A stretch of 64,000 nt of DNA from positions 145,140 through 209,139 of the forward strand of contig JBGAHI010000008.1 of the NCBI GenBank assembly GCA_044226285.1, written 5' to 3'. This stretch comes from Chitinophagales bacterium (GTDB lineage Bacteria > Bacteroidota > Bacteroidia > Chitinophagales > LD1). This document shows, in pieces, positions 38,277 through 47,400 of this stretch. Made by a program: the position numbers and the translations under genes. Positions within the stretch are counted from its first letter, which is position 1. The number at the start of each line of letters is the position of its first letter. The notes beneath the pieces are model-generated. The model made no database searches. It saw only the letters and a list, made by a program, of their open reading frames with translations, and was not told the DNA's origin.

Positions 38277-38957
38277 TTGGACTTAGCCATTTTATATGAA
38301 GACAACCACTTGATTGCAGTGAACAAACCTGCAGGTGTACTTTCGCAGGGCGATAAGACCGGAGATGTAGTATTGGCAGACATTGTGAAAGAATACTTAG
38401 TCAAAAAATACAACAAACCGGGAGAAGCATTTTTGGGCGTCATCCACCGGCTCGACCGTCCTGTAAGCGGTGTGGTGCTTTTAGCAAAAACGAGTAAGGC
38501 GCTATCAAGAATGAATGAATTGTTTAAAACCCGTGCTGTTCAAAAAACCTATTGGGCGATAGTAGAGCAAAAACCAACTATCGAAAAAGCAACATTGGTG
38601 CATTGGCTGAAAAAAAATGAAGCGAAAAACATGTCGTTTGCTTCAAAAACCGAAAGCAAAGACGCTTTGAAATGTGAGTTGGAATACGAGTACAAAGACA
38701 GCAGCGACAAATATCATTTGTTGGAAGTGAATCCGCACACAGGCCGCCACCACCAAATTCGTGTACAATTGTCAACCATCGGTTGTAAGATAAAAGGAGA
38801 TTTGAAATATGGCGCAAAACGCAGTAATCCTGATGCTTCTATTTCGTTACATGCACGAAAACTCACCTTTGTACATCCGGTATCAAAAGAGCCGGTGGAA
38901 ATTATAGCACCTGTACCGGAGGAAGTGGTGTGGAAATTCTTTGAGAATAGGCAATAA
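38277..38957 (+). CDS. RluA-family pseudouridine synthase
   Basis: 226 aa, TTG start. Catalytic motif HRLDRPVSGVVLLAKT, plus GRHHQIRVQL. Confidence 0.85.
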   Translation: MDLAILYEDNHLIAVNKPAGVLSQGDKTGDVVLADIVKEYLVKKYNKPGEAFLGVIHRLDRPVSGVVLLAKTSKALSRMNELFKTRAVQKTYWAIVEQKPTIEKATLVHWLKKNEAKNMSFASKTESKDALKCELEYEYKDSSDKYHLLEVNPHTGRHHQIRVQLSTIGCKIKGDLKYGAKRSNPDASISLHARKLTFVHPVSKEPVEIIAPVPEEVVWKFFENRQ

Positions 38958-38959
38958 AA

Positions 38960-38981
38960 AAGGCCCCGAATTCGGAGCCTT
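38960..38981. terminator. Hairpin between convergent genes
   Basis: AAGGCCCCGAATTCGGAGCCTT has one C/A mismatch and A/T-rich flanks. Confidence 0.45.
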
Positions 38982-39004
38982 TGTAGGGGTTGGGTCACAG
39001 GTAA

Positions 39005-39562
39005 TTATTTTGCTGGTGGCAACAATACCGCATCAATCACATATACCATTCCATTGGAAGCAGGAACAGCCGCCAACACATTAGCATCGTTTATTTTGAT
39101 TTTACCATCGGCACCTTTACTCACTTTCACATTACCACCATTTACCATACCAATGGTCATACCGTCTTTTAGATATTCCTCTTTTAATGCAGAAGTAGTT
39201 ACATGGTATTCTAACACATTGCGTAAATCTTTTTTGGCTTCAGGTTTTAATAAACCATCAACCGTTCCTGCTGGCAATTTATCGAAAGCTGCGTTCGTTG
39301 GCGCAAACACAGTAAAAGGACCGGCATTCGACAATACATCGACATAATCAGCTGCTTTAACAGCTGCCACAAGGGTTGTGTGATCCTTTGAACCCACTGC
39401 TACCTTTACCACATCTTTTTGTGATTGGTCGTCTTGCACAGCCGATTGGCCTACAGCAGGAGTTGAAGCTTCTGCCTCAGTTGAAGTTTGTTCTGTACTT
39501 GCATTATTGTTGCACGATGTAAAAGCTGCTGCAACCATCAGCGTAAAAAATAATTTTTTCAT
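39005..39562 (-). CDS. Fasciclin (FAS1) domain lipoprotein
   Basis: 185 aa. Lipobox AFTSC|NNN. FAS1 motifs FTVFAPTNAAFDKLPAGT and VYVIDAVLLP. Confidence 0.85.
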   Translation of the reverse strand: MKKLFFTLMVAAAFTSCNNNASTEQTSTEAEASTPAVGQSAVQDDQSQKDVVKVAVGSKDHTTLVAAVKAADYVDVLSNAGPFTVFAPTNAAFDKLPAGTVDGLLKPEAKKDLRNVLEYHVTTSALKEEYLKDGMTIGMVNGGNVKVSKGADGKIKINDANVLAAVPASNGMVYVIDAVLLPPAK

Positions 39563-39581
39563 ATATTTGTTTTATAAAGGA

Positions 39582-39589
39582 CAAAAGTA
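39582..39589 (-). promoter_or_regulatory. Candidate -7 box (TACTTTTG on the minus strand) for the fasciclin gene
   Basis: The plus-strand sequence CAAAAGTA is the reverse complement of TAnnTTTG. It lies 20-27 nt upstream of the start at 39562. Confidence 0.35.
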
Positions 39590-39641
39590 TCTTTTATTCT
39601 TTTTTCAAACAAATGAGTAATCTCATAAAACACTACAAATT

Positions 39642-40127
39642 ATGTCATGTCACATCCGTCTCGTACCTAACAATACTTTTTTGAAAATTGTATTGTTGCC
39701 TTTATTTCTCTTTTGTTTTTCTTCTTGTAACCACTCAGAAGCAAGTGAAAATGGGCTTATCACAAAAGAAGAAATATTTTCTTCAACACAAATAAATGGG
39801 AAATGGACTACCGATTTTAAAACTGCTGAAGAATTAAAAGTGATGCGAAACACTATTGAAAACTTCACTTTGCTCAACAAAAAAAAGTTTGAGAATTTAA
39901 AAGCTTACCAAGAGTTTGGCGATTTAATAGCCATGCATATTGAAAGAGTATTAAATAATTGTGGGTTAGACAAAAAAAGCAAAGCAATACTCCATTCGAA
40001 ATTGGAAAAAATGAGTGTTGAAGTGAATATACTTCACGGCAGTGATATGGAAAAATCAAAGCTTTCTGTTAAAAAGGTCAACGAAGCACTTGCAGATATC
40101 GACTCTACATTTACATACACAAATTAA
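39642..40127 (+). CDS. Hypothetical lipoprotein
   Basis: 161 aa. Signal/lipobox FCFSSC|NHSE. The mature part looks helical. No known motif. Confidence 0.45.
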   Translation: MSCHIRLVPNNTFLKIVLLPLFLFCFSSCNHSEASENGLITKEEIFSSTQINGKWTTDFKTAEELKVMRNTIENFTLLNKKKFENLKAYQEFGDLIAMHIERVLNNCGLDKKSKAILHSKLEKMSVEVNILHGSDMEKSKLSVKKVNEALADIDSTFTYTN

Positions 40128-40172
40128 TAAAAAGAAAAAGGCTTTTTTTGCAGTTTCTTTTAGCTTATATAC

Positions 40173-40180
40173 TAGATTTG
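40173..40180 (+). promoter_or_regulatory. Candidate -7 box (TAGATTTG) for the Rrf2 regulator
   Basis: Exact TAnnTTTG match, 23 nt upstream of ATG 40203. Confidence 0.35.
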
Positions 40181-40202
40181 CAACATCATAAACCGCTAAA
40201 AG

Positions 40203-40637
40203 ATGATGTTTTCCAAAAGTTGTGAGTATGCGATTAAAGCAGTTATTCATTTATGTATGGAAACACACGCAGGTGGACGTTTAAGCATTAACGATATTGC
40301 CATTGCCATTGATTCACCTGAACCTTTTACGGCAAAGATTCTTCAAACACTCTCGAAACATAAAATCATTTCCTCAGCCAAAGGTCCGGGGGGCGGATTC
40401 TATGTAGAGCAAAAGAAGAAGCCCATTTATGTTATGGATATTGTTCACCTTATGGATGGAGAAGATGCCCTTAACCGCTGCGGCCTTGGACTAAAAGAAT
40501 GTAGCGAAGATCATCCATGCCCTATTCATAACGAATTTAAGAGCTACTCATCGCGATTAAAAAAACTATTGGAAACCAAAACGATACAGCAATTCGCGGC
40601 TGAAATTAAGACTGGAAAAGCTTTCCTCAACAATTAA
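40203..40637 (+). CDS. Rrf2-family transcriptional regulator (IscR/NsrR-like, three-Cys cluster ligands)
   Basis: 144 aa. The N-terminal wHTH is MFSKSCEYAIKAVIHLC. Cys triad: C-x6-C-x5-C in NRCGLGLKECSEDHPCP. Confidence 0.85.
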   Translation: MMFSKSCEYAIKAVIHLCMETHAGGRLSINDIAIAIDSPEPFTAKILQTLSKHKIISSAKGPGGGFYVEQKKKPIYVMDIVHLMDGEDALNRCGLGLKECSEDHPCPIHNEFKSYSSRLKKLLETKTIQQFAAEIKTGKAFLNN

Positions 40638-40656
40638 CTCTATTTTTTTGTTTCAA

Positions 40657-40678
40657 TAAAAGACTAAAAGGTCTTTTT
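40657..40678 (+). terminator. Weak hairpin terminator after the Rrf2 gene
   Basis: AAAAGAC-TAAAAG-GTCTTTTT. Confidence 0.4.
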
Positions 40679-40769
40679 ATTGATTTTAATCATACTTTTA
40701 CATAACGAGGCTCATATAATATCCTTTGGGGACTGAGCACTTTTGCATCGTAACAAAAAATATAAATAT

Positions 40770-41267
40770 ATGCGTAACAAAATGTTTTCCATTGTGGCAC
40801 TAGCTGCCGTAGTTTTTATGAATAGCTGTGGAAATGGCGATACAAAAAACGAAAATGAAAGTACTGAAGCGGCTCCGCAAAGTATGATTAAAGACACTCC
40901 AAAAGACGATGGACAGGGTATCGGAAAATTTAAAGATGTGACTTTAACAGCCTTAGATAGCAAATTAGCAGCTGAGGGGATGGCGATTTTTGAATCAAAA
41001 TGTGCCGCTTGTCACAAAACAACCGATCAAAAAGTGGTTGGACCTGGACTAAAAGGAGTTACTACCAGACGTCAGCCGGCTTGGATTTTGAATATGATGA
41101 CTAACCCTATAGAAATGACGCAAAAAGATCCAACTGCAAAAGAACTGTTAGCGGAGCATCTTACACAAATGACATTCCAAGATGTTTCCGATGAGCAAGC
41201 AAAACAAATCTTGGAATACCTCCGCCAAAACGATGCGGATGAAACAACTGCGGAAGCCAAAAAATAA
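40770..41267 (+). CDS. Mono-haem c-type cytochrome lipoprotein (probable electron donor to NosZ)
   Basis: I chose ATG 40770 (MRNKMFSIVALAAVVFMNSC...). The haem motif is CAACHK. It sits directly upstream of nosZ. Confidence 0.8.
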   Translation: MRNKMFSIVALAAVVFMNSCGNGDTKNENESTEAAPQSMIKDTPKDDGQGIGKFKDVTLTALDSKLAAEGMAIFESKCAACHKTTDQKVVGPGLKGVTTRRQPAWILNMMTNPIEMTQKDPTAKELLAEHLTQMTFQDVSDEQAKQILEYLRQNDADETTAEAKK

Positions 41268-41296
41268 GTATTAAATAATTTAATAAATAAACAACA

Positions 41297-43261
41297 ATGA
41301 AAAATATTTCGATCAAACAGGGACTGCTTGTTGCAGTCGGGATACTATCGGCAGGGCTCTTCAATAGTTGCAAGCCACCGAAAGTAGATTCAGCAATGGC
41401 AGGAGACGCTGCCAAAAAAGTATATGTAGCTCCTGGCAAGAAGGATGAATTGTATTTATTCACTTCAGGTGGTTTCAGTGGTCAAGTTGGGGTCTATGGA
41501 TTGCCTTCCGGCAGAATGTTGAAAAACGTACCTGTATTTTCTCAAGATGCAGAAACTGGTTATGGCTACAGCGAAGAAACAAAACCGATGCTAATGACTT
41601 CGCACGGGTATACTCCTTGGGATGACAGCCACCATCCCCAATTATCGCGCACCGATGGACAAGATGATGGTCGTTGGTTATTCATTAATGCCAACAATAC
41701 ACCACGTATAGCGCGAATGGATTTAGGCATTTTCAAAACAACAGAAATAATAGAGTTGCCTAACTGTGGAGGAAATCACGCATCCCCATTCACAACACAA
41801 AACACAGAGTATGTTGTTGGTGCTTCGAGATTCTCGGTACCATACGATAAAGATGGCGATGCCTCTATTGCAGAATACAAAGACAAATTTAAAGGCACTA
41901 TTTCGTTTGTAAAAGTTGATAAAGAAACGGGTAACATGAAATTGAATTTCCAATTGCTTGTGCCGGGTGTAGACTACGACTTAGCAAGAGCAGGAAAAGC
42001 AGCATCACACGGTTGGGTATTTTTCAGTTGCTACAACAGTGAAAAAGCACACACGCTTTTAGAAGTAAATGCTTCGCAACGCGACAAAGACTTCATTATG
42101 GCCGTGAACTGGAAAAAAGCAGAGGAATATCTATCTCAAGGAAAAGGCATGAAATGGGCAGCTAACTATGCGCATAACGTAATGGATGAAAAAACACATA
42201 CTGCTACTTCAACAATGGAAAAAGAAGTAACCGTTTTAGATGTGAAAGATTTACCGGGTGTTTGTTATTTTATTCCATGTCCGAAATCTCCACACGGTTG
42301 CGATGTTGATCCAACAGGTGAATATATTTGTGCTTCAGGAAAATTGGCCGCTGTTATTCCTGTATACTCATTCAGCAAAATGATTAAGGCTATTGATGCG
42401 AAAACATTTGATGGCGATTATGATGGTATTCCGGTAATTAAGTACGAAGCCGCATTAGATGGTGAAGTTGAAAAACCGGGTTTAGGTCCATTACACACTG
42501 AATTCGATAACGAAGGCAATGCATACACATCCTTCTTTGTTTCTTCAGAAATTGTAAAATGGAATGTAAAAAGCAAACAAGTCTTAGATAGAGTTCCAAC
42601 GTATTACTCTATTGGCCACTTGTGTGTGCCAATGGGCGATAACATCAAACCGTATGGCAAATATGTAATTGCATTAAACAAAATTACGAAAGATCGCTAC
42701 TTACCTACAGGGCCTGAGTTAACTCAATCGGCTCAACTCTATTCCATTGATGGTCCTAAAATGCAATTGTTACTTGACTTCCCTACCATTGGCGAACCGC
42801 ACTATGCACAAGCTATTCCGGCTGAGTTGGTAACACGTCACGAAGTTAAGTTCTACAAATTAGACAACAACAATCACAAATATGCTGCGAAAAACGAAAA
42901 AGAAGCAAAAGTGGTTCGCAACGGAAATGATGTACACGTGTACATGACAGCCATTCGTTCACACTTTACACCCGATAATATTGAAGGGGTAAAAGTTGGA
43001 GATGTGGTGTACTTCCACGTAACCAACCTTGAACAAGATTGGGATGTACCGCACGGATTTGCTGTAAAAGGAGCGCTTAACTCTGAGTTATTGGTTCTTC
43101 CGGGTGAAACATCTACAATCAAATGGGTTCCTGATCATGCAGGGGTTTATCCAATGTATTGCACCGATTTCTGTTCAGCTCTACACCAAGAAATGCAGGG
43201 TTATGTGCGGGTTTCGCCTGCCGGCACCAATACTGCTATAAAATTCTCTACAGGCGACTAG
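41297..43261 (+). CDS. nosZ: Nitrous-oxide reductase, Sec-dependent clade II type
   Basis: 654 aa. The N-terminal signal has no twin-arginine motif (MKNISIKQGLLVAVGILSAGLFNSC). The seven-bladed propeller region carries His ligands. The C-terminal CuA site is CTDFCSALHQEMQG. Confidence 0.95.
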   Translation: MKNISIKQGLLVAVGILSAGLFNSCKPPKVDSAMAGDAAKKVYVAPGKKDELYLFTSGGFSGQVGVYGLPSGRMLKNVPVFSQDAETGYGYSEETKPMLMTSHGYTPWDDSHHPQLSRTDGQDDGRWLFINANNTPRIARMDLGIFKTTEIIELPNCGGNHASPFTTQNTEYVVGASRFSVPYDKDGDASIAEYKDKFKGTISFVKVDKETGNMKLNFQLLVPGVDYDLARAGKAASHGWVFFSCYNSEKAHTLLEVNASQRDKDFIMAVNWKKAEEYLSQGKGMKWAANYAHNVMDEKTHTATSTMEKEVTVLDVKDLPGVCYFIPCPKSPHGCDVDPTGEYICASGKLAAVIPVYSFSKMIKAIDAKTFDGDYDGIPVIKYEAALDGEVEKPGLGPLHTEFDNEGNAYTSFFVSSEIVKWNVKSKQVLDRVPTYYSIGHLCVPMGDNIKPYGKYVIALNKITKDRYLPTGPELTQSAQLYSIDGPKMQLLLDFPTIGEPHYAQAIPAELVTRHEVKFYKLDNNNHKYAAKNEKEAKVVRNGNDVHVYMTAIRSHFTPDNIEGVKVGDVVYFHVTNLEQDWDVPHGFAVKGALNSELLVLPGETSTIKWVPDHAGVYPMYCTDFCSALHQEMQGYVRVSPAGTNTAIKFSTGD

Positions 43262-43274
43262 GTTCATAATTGAC

Positions 43275-43309
43275 AAGGAGGAGGTCTGTTTAGGCTTCCT
43301 CCTTTTTTT
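43275..43309 (+). terminator. Strong intrinsic terminator/attenuator immediately after nosZ
   Basis: Stem AAGGAGGAGG (43275-43284) pairs with CTTCCTCCTT (43295-43304), including one G-T pair. The T-run extends to 43309. Confidence 0.7.
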
Positions 43310-43360
43310 CTCCACTTATTGTACGCAAGTTCATGAAACGTACAACGCTCAAACTCTTAT

Positions 43361-43933
43361 ATGTCGAAACTTAAAACATATACACGAATCATCATTTTTG
43401 TTTGTGCATTAGCGATGATTCCTGCCAACTTTCTTTCTGTGTGGCAGATTCAACTCGAGGCACCACAATATCCGGAAGGATTAAAAATGGAAATCTGGAG
43501 TAATAAAATTGCAGGTGATTTCGACAAGATAAATGGCTTGAATCACTATATCGGTATGGCAGAAATAAAGCAAGAAAACTTTCCTGAGTTTAAAGTTATG
43601 CCCTGGTTGATTTGGTTGTTTGTTGCATTTGGACTACTTACTGCTTTAGTAGGCAAACGGTTTTTGCTCTGGATATACGTTATTATTCTTTCTGCTAGCG
43701 GAGCCTGGGGGATCTACGATTTTTGGAATTGGGAATACCAATACGGACATAATTTAAATCCGCATGCAGCCATCAAAATTCCGGGCATGGCTTATCAACC
43801 CCCACTAATTGGTTGGAAACAATTGTTGAACTTTTTAGCCGGATCGTTCCCAGATATAGGCGGTTGGTTGATTATTGGTGCATCGGTAATTATTGTGGGT
43901 GTTTTAGTATTCGAACAATTCAGAAAAAAATAA
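43361..43933 (+). CDS. Polytopic membrane protein of the nos cluster (NosB-like position; function unknown)
   Basis: 190 aa with about 4 TM. It lies between nosZ and nosL. The assignment is by position only. Confidence 0.5.
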   Translation: MSKLKTYTRIIIFVCALAMIPANFLSVWQIQLEAPQYPEGLKMEIWSNKIAGDFDKINGLNHYIGMAEIKQENFPEFKVMPWLIWLFVAFGLLTALVGKRFLLWIYVIILSASGAWGIYDFWNWEYQYGHNLNPHAAIKIPGMAYQPPLIGWKQLLNFLAGSFPDIGGWLIIGASVIIVGVLVFEQFRKK

Positions 43934-43943
43934 ATTAAACGCA

Positions 43944-44384
43944 GTGTATAAATTTCTTAAAGCATTACTCTTTATTGTATTTACAGCTATAAGTATTGAA
44001 TCGTGCAACAACGAAACGCCAAAAATTAATTTCGGGAAAGACATGTGTGCCTTTTGTAAAATGACAGTGATTGATGAAAAATTCGGTGCATTGCTCATCA
44101 ACAACAAAGGGAAAACATTATGCTTCGATTGCACTGAATGCATGGTAAATTACATGAAGATGGACAAAGATTTTCATCCCGAAAAAATATTAACGATAGA
44201 CTACTGCAACCCTAGAATACTCATCGATGCTGAAAAAGCACATTACCTTTATGGTGAAAATATTAAAAGCCCTATGGGAGGAAACATTGCATCGTTCAAA
44301 ACAAGTGAAGATGCGGAACGCTTTCAAAAAACTTTACAAGGCGATTTAATCCTTTGGAATAAAGTACTCGAAATAAAATTCTGA
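43944..44384 (+). CDS. nosL: NosL copper-chaperone lipoprotein
   Basis: 146 aa, GTG start. Lipobox SIESC|NN. The NosL pattern is MCAFCKMTVIDEKFGA...CFDC. Confidence 0.8.
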   Translation: MYKFLKALLFIVFTAISIESCNNETPKINFGKDMCAFCKMTVIDEKFGALLINNKGKTLCFDCTECMVNYMKMDKDFHPEKILTIDYCNPRILIDAEKAHYLYGENIKSPMGGNIASFKTSEDAERFQKTLQGDLILWNKVLEIKF

Positions 44385-44389
44385 TATTC

Positions 44390-45625
44390 ATGAAACTTCG
44401 ATGCTTGTTCTATGCTCTTTTTTTTTCATTGTTCTGTAAAGCAACAACAGTAACACTTTGTAAAGATTGTCCGGTTCAAAACTTCAAACAAGCATTACAA
44501 GTTATAAAACCCTACGACACCCTTGTTATCAAAAAAGGAACATATACTTGCATCAACGAAACGATATACAAACCCATAACTATTATTGGAGAGAGCCTTC
44601 CTGTTTTGGACGGGAAACAAATGGATGAAATACTTGTAGTTATGAGTAACGATGTGCATTTGTTTGGATTAGCTATTGCTAACAGCAAATGTGGCAGTAT
44701 GAAAGATTACGCAGGTTTAAGAGTTTTCAAAGCGCGTAATGTGATTATAGAAAACTGTCAGCTTACCAATACATTTTTTGGTATTTATCTCAGCGATTCG
44801 AAATGTATAACCGTAAAAAATTGTTCGGGGAAAGGAGCGCATTATGGTAAAAGCGATACCGGTAACGGAATTCACCTTTGGAAGTGCGATAGTATTAGCA
44901 TTACAGGTAATCATTTGGAAGGACATCGGGATGGGATTTACCTAGAATTTGCAAAACACTGTACCATTGAATCTAATCTATGTGAGCGTAATTTTCGTTA
45001 TGGTTTGCATTTCATGTTTTCCGATAACGACACCTATTCGAATAACACTTTCACCGGAAATGGAACAGGTGTAGCGGTAATGTACAGCAAAGGCGTTCAT
45101 ATGTTCAACAATAAATTCTTGAATAATTGGGGCGATGCTGCTTACGGCTTGTTACTTAAAGACATGAGCAATGGAATAATTAAAAATAACATCTTCCAAA
45201 ACAACACCATTGGAGTAACAATGGAAGGTGGTACAAATATGCGTTTTGAAAAGAATGATTTTGGTCAAAATGGTTATGGATTGAAAGTTATGGCCAACTG
45301 CCGACTCGATACGTTTGTATTGAACAACTTCTCCGGCAATACTTTTGATGCTTCTACTAACGGAGAATTAAAAGAAAATTTATTCGAAAAAAATTATTGG
45401 GATAAATATGAAGGGTACGATTTGAACCGCGATGCGATAGGGGATATCCCCTATCGCCCGGTGAGTTTGTACTCCGTATTAGTTGACCAAATGCCATATG
45501 CAATCATGCTGATGAGAAGTTTTACCATTGATTTGCTTAACAAAGCAGAGAAAAATATTCCGAGCATAGTACCGGAAACATTCATCGATAATAAGCCCAT
45601 TATGAAAATGATTAAGAGAAGATGA
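44390..45625 (+). CDS. nosD: NosD periplasmic beta-helix protein (CuZ maturation)
   Basis: 411 aa with a signal peptide. Repetitive parallel beta-helix pattern (N.I..N......GI.L) and operon position. Confidence 0.85.
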   Translation: MKLRCLFYALFFSLFCKATTVTLCKDCPVQNFKQALQVIKPYDTLVIKKGTYTCINETIYKPITIIGESLPVLDGKQMDEILVVMSNDVHLFGLAIANSKCGSMKDYAGLRVFKARNVIIENCQLTNTFFGIYLSDSKCITVKNCSGKGAHYGKSDTGNGIHLWKCDSISITGNHLEGHRDGIYLEFAKHCTIESNLCERNFRYGLHFMFSDNDTYSNNTFTGNGTGVAVMYSKGVHMFNNKFLNNWGDAAYGLLLKDMSNGIIKNNIFQNNTIGVTMEGGTNMRFEKNDFGQNGYGLKVMANCRLDTFVLNNFSGNTFDASTNGELKENLFEKNYWDKYEGYDLNRDAIGDIPYRPVSLYSVLVDQMPYAIMLMRSFTIDLLNKAEKNIPSIVPETFIDNKPIMKMIKRR

Positions 45626-46335
45626 TCGAAATACAAAAAATAGAAAAGCAATTCGGTAATTTATCGGTACTCAAAGGAGTAGACGCCTCCTTTAATGCCG
45701 GTAATGTGGTGAGCATTATTGGCCCGAACGGTTCGGGGAAAACAACACTTATTAAATGTATTTTAGGAATGGTAGTTCCCGATAATGGCAGTATACAATT
45801 CGCAGGCAAAAACATTCTTAACGATTATTCCTATCGACAGCAGTTGGGCTATATGCCGCAAATTGGTCGATATCCAGAAAACATGAAAATGGGTCAGCTT
45901 TTTGCGATGATGAAAGACCTCCGAAAATCGGCACATGTGTTGGATGAAGAACTTATCAATGAATACCAATTGATGGCTATGCAAGACAAACCCATGCGAA
46001 CGCTTTCAGGAGGAACAACACAAAAAGTAAGTGCAGCGCTCGCCTTTCTATTTAACCCAAAAGTATTGATACTGGATGAACCCACTGCTGGCTTAGATCC
46101 TCTTGCCGCTGAAATACTTAAAGCCAAAATAACAAAAGCAAAAGAGGAAGGGAAACTCATCATCATCACTTCACATATTATGAGCGAAGTGGAAGAAATT
46201 GCGGATAGCATCATGTATCTCTATGAAGGGAAAGTTAACTTTTATAAAACGATTACAATTTTAAAGCAAGAAACCGGAGAAGAAAAACTAGGAAAAGCCA
46301 TTGCCAAAATCATGAAAAGTCAAAGCCATGCTTAA
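45622..46335 (+). CDS. nosF: NosF ABC transporter ATP-binding protein
   Basis: 237 aa. Walker A GPNGSGKTT, signature LSGGTTQK, Walker B LILDEPTAGLD. 4-nt overlap with nosD. Confidence 0.85.
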   Translation: MIEIQKIEKQFGNLSVLKGVDASFNAGNVVSIIGPNGSGKTTLIKCILGMVVPDNGSIQFAGKNILNDYSYRQQLGYMPQIGRYPENMKMGQLFAMMKDLRKSAHVLDEELINEYQLMAMQDKPMRTLSGGTTQKVSAALAFLFNPKVLILDEPTAGLDPLAAEILKAKITKAKEEGKLIIITSHIMSEVEEIADSIMYLYEGKVNFYKTITILKQETGEEKLGKAIAKIMKSQSHA

Positions 46336-47095
46336 GATTGCCAAATATGTCATTTATGATATACTGAGAAGCAAAGTCCTCATTGCATATACACTGTTCT
46401 TACTTGTGATTTCATTTTCGCTTTTTGCACTAGAAACAGATGGAGCAAAAAGCATTGTGAGTTTGTTAAGCATTGTATTGATTATAGTACCGCTCATTAG
46501 TATTATTTTCACTACTACCTATTTCTACAACTCTTACGAATTTATTGAATTACTCGTTGCGCAACCATTGGCCCGAAACACTATTTTATTGGGCGAATTT
46601 TTAGGCGTAGCCCTTTCTATGGCGGCTACATTTTTTATCGGCATAGGCATCCCGGTTCTAATTTATGCCTCCTCATCCACCGGAATGATACTGTTACTTG
46701 CAGGAATTGTCTTAACGCTGTCTTTTATTTCTATTGCTTTTTTTGCCTCAGTAGCCATGCGCGATAAAGCCAAAGGAATTGGACTATCGTTGCTTCTATG
46801 GTTTTATTTCTCGGTGATTTATGATGCCATTGTACTTGCGTTTTTATTTTCATTCAGCGATTATCCCCTCGACCGTGCAGTTATAGCCCTAGCATCGCTC
46901 AACCCTATAGATATGGCGCGCTTAATGGTGTTAATGAAACTCGACATTAGTGCACTAATGGGTTTCACAGGTGCGGTATACAAGCAGTTTTTCGGAAGTA
47001 GTTTTGGATTATTTTATACAATAGGTATAATGCTCTTCTGGATTACGCTACCTCTTTTGGCATCTGTTCGCATTTTCAAAAAGAAAAATCTGTAA
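46328..47095 (+). CDS. nosY: NosY ABC-2 type permease
   Basis: 255 aa, 6 TM. 8-nt overlap with nosF. Confidence 0.8.
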   Translation: MLKIAKYVIYDILRSKVLIAYTLFLLVISFSLFALETDGAKSIVSLLSIVLIIVPLISIIFTTTYFYNSYEFIELLVAQPLARNTILLGEFLGVALSMAATFFIGIGIPVLIYASSSTGMILLLAGIVLTLSFISIAFFASVAMRDKAKGIGLSLLLWFYFSVIYDAIVLAFLFSFSDYPLDRAVIALASLNPIDMARLMVLMKLDISALMGFTGAVYKQFFGSSFGLFYTIGIMLFWITLPLLASVRIFKKKNL

Positions 47096-47202
47096 AACAT
47101 TCCCTTTAAAAAACTATTAAACTTAGCCAATAGCAGAACAGCTATAAGCTATTTACTTGGGTTTCACTTTCTAAAAAGTTATTAATCATCAGTCCAAAAA
47201 CA

Positions 47203-47232
47203 AAAATGGCCGACATTGCTGTCAGCCATTTT
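47203..47232. terminator. Bidirectional hairpin between nosY and tRNA-Glu
   Basis: AAAATGGCCGACA-TTGC-TGTCAGCCATTTT has one C/A mismatch and A/T runs on both sides. Confidence 0.6.
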
Positions 47233-47241
47233 GCTTCGATG

Positions 47242-47313
47242 TAGCTCGTAGGGGAGTCGAACCCCTCTTTAGCGGATGAAAACCGCTTGTCCTAACCGAT
47301 AGACGAACGAGCC
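47242..47313 (-). tRNA. tRNA-Glu (anticodon UUC)
   Basis: I folded the 72-nt cloverleaf by hand. Acceptor GGCTCGT/ACGAGCT, D-stem GTCT/GGAC, anticodon stem AGCGG/CCGCT with loop TTTTCAT, T-arm AGGGG-TTCGACT-CCCCT. CCA is not encoded. Confidence 0.9.
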
Positions 47314-47328
47314 GTATTGAATCGGAGC

Positions 47329-47336
47329 GCAAATAT
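47329..47336 (-). promoter_or_regulatory. Candidate -7 box (TATATTTG on the minus strand) for tRNA-Glu
   Basis: The plus-strand sequence CAAATATA lies 16-23 nt upstream of the tRNA 5' end. Confidence 0.4.
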
Positions 47337-47400
47337 AGAGTTTCACTTTAATTCTCCAAAAACTTTAAAAAAATTATTTTCGCAATCACAATTTTAGCAT

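Noticed and set aside
40743-40769. TTG-initiated 9-aa extension of the cytochrome c ORF
   Set aside because: The ATG at 40770 gives a normal lipoprotein signal peptide. The extension is Lys/Asn-rich promoter-like sequence.
47096-47400. tRNA-Glu next to the nos cluster, considered as an integration site of a mobile island
   Set aside because: There is no integrase, no direct repeat of the tRNA 3' end and no transposase in the window. The tRNA has its own promoter-like box and terminator. I kept it only as a weak remark in the nos finding.
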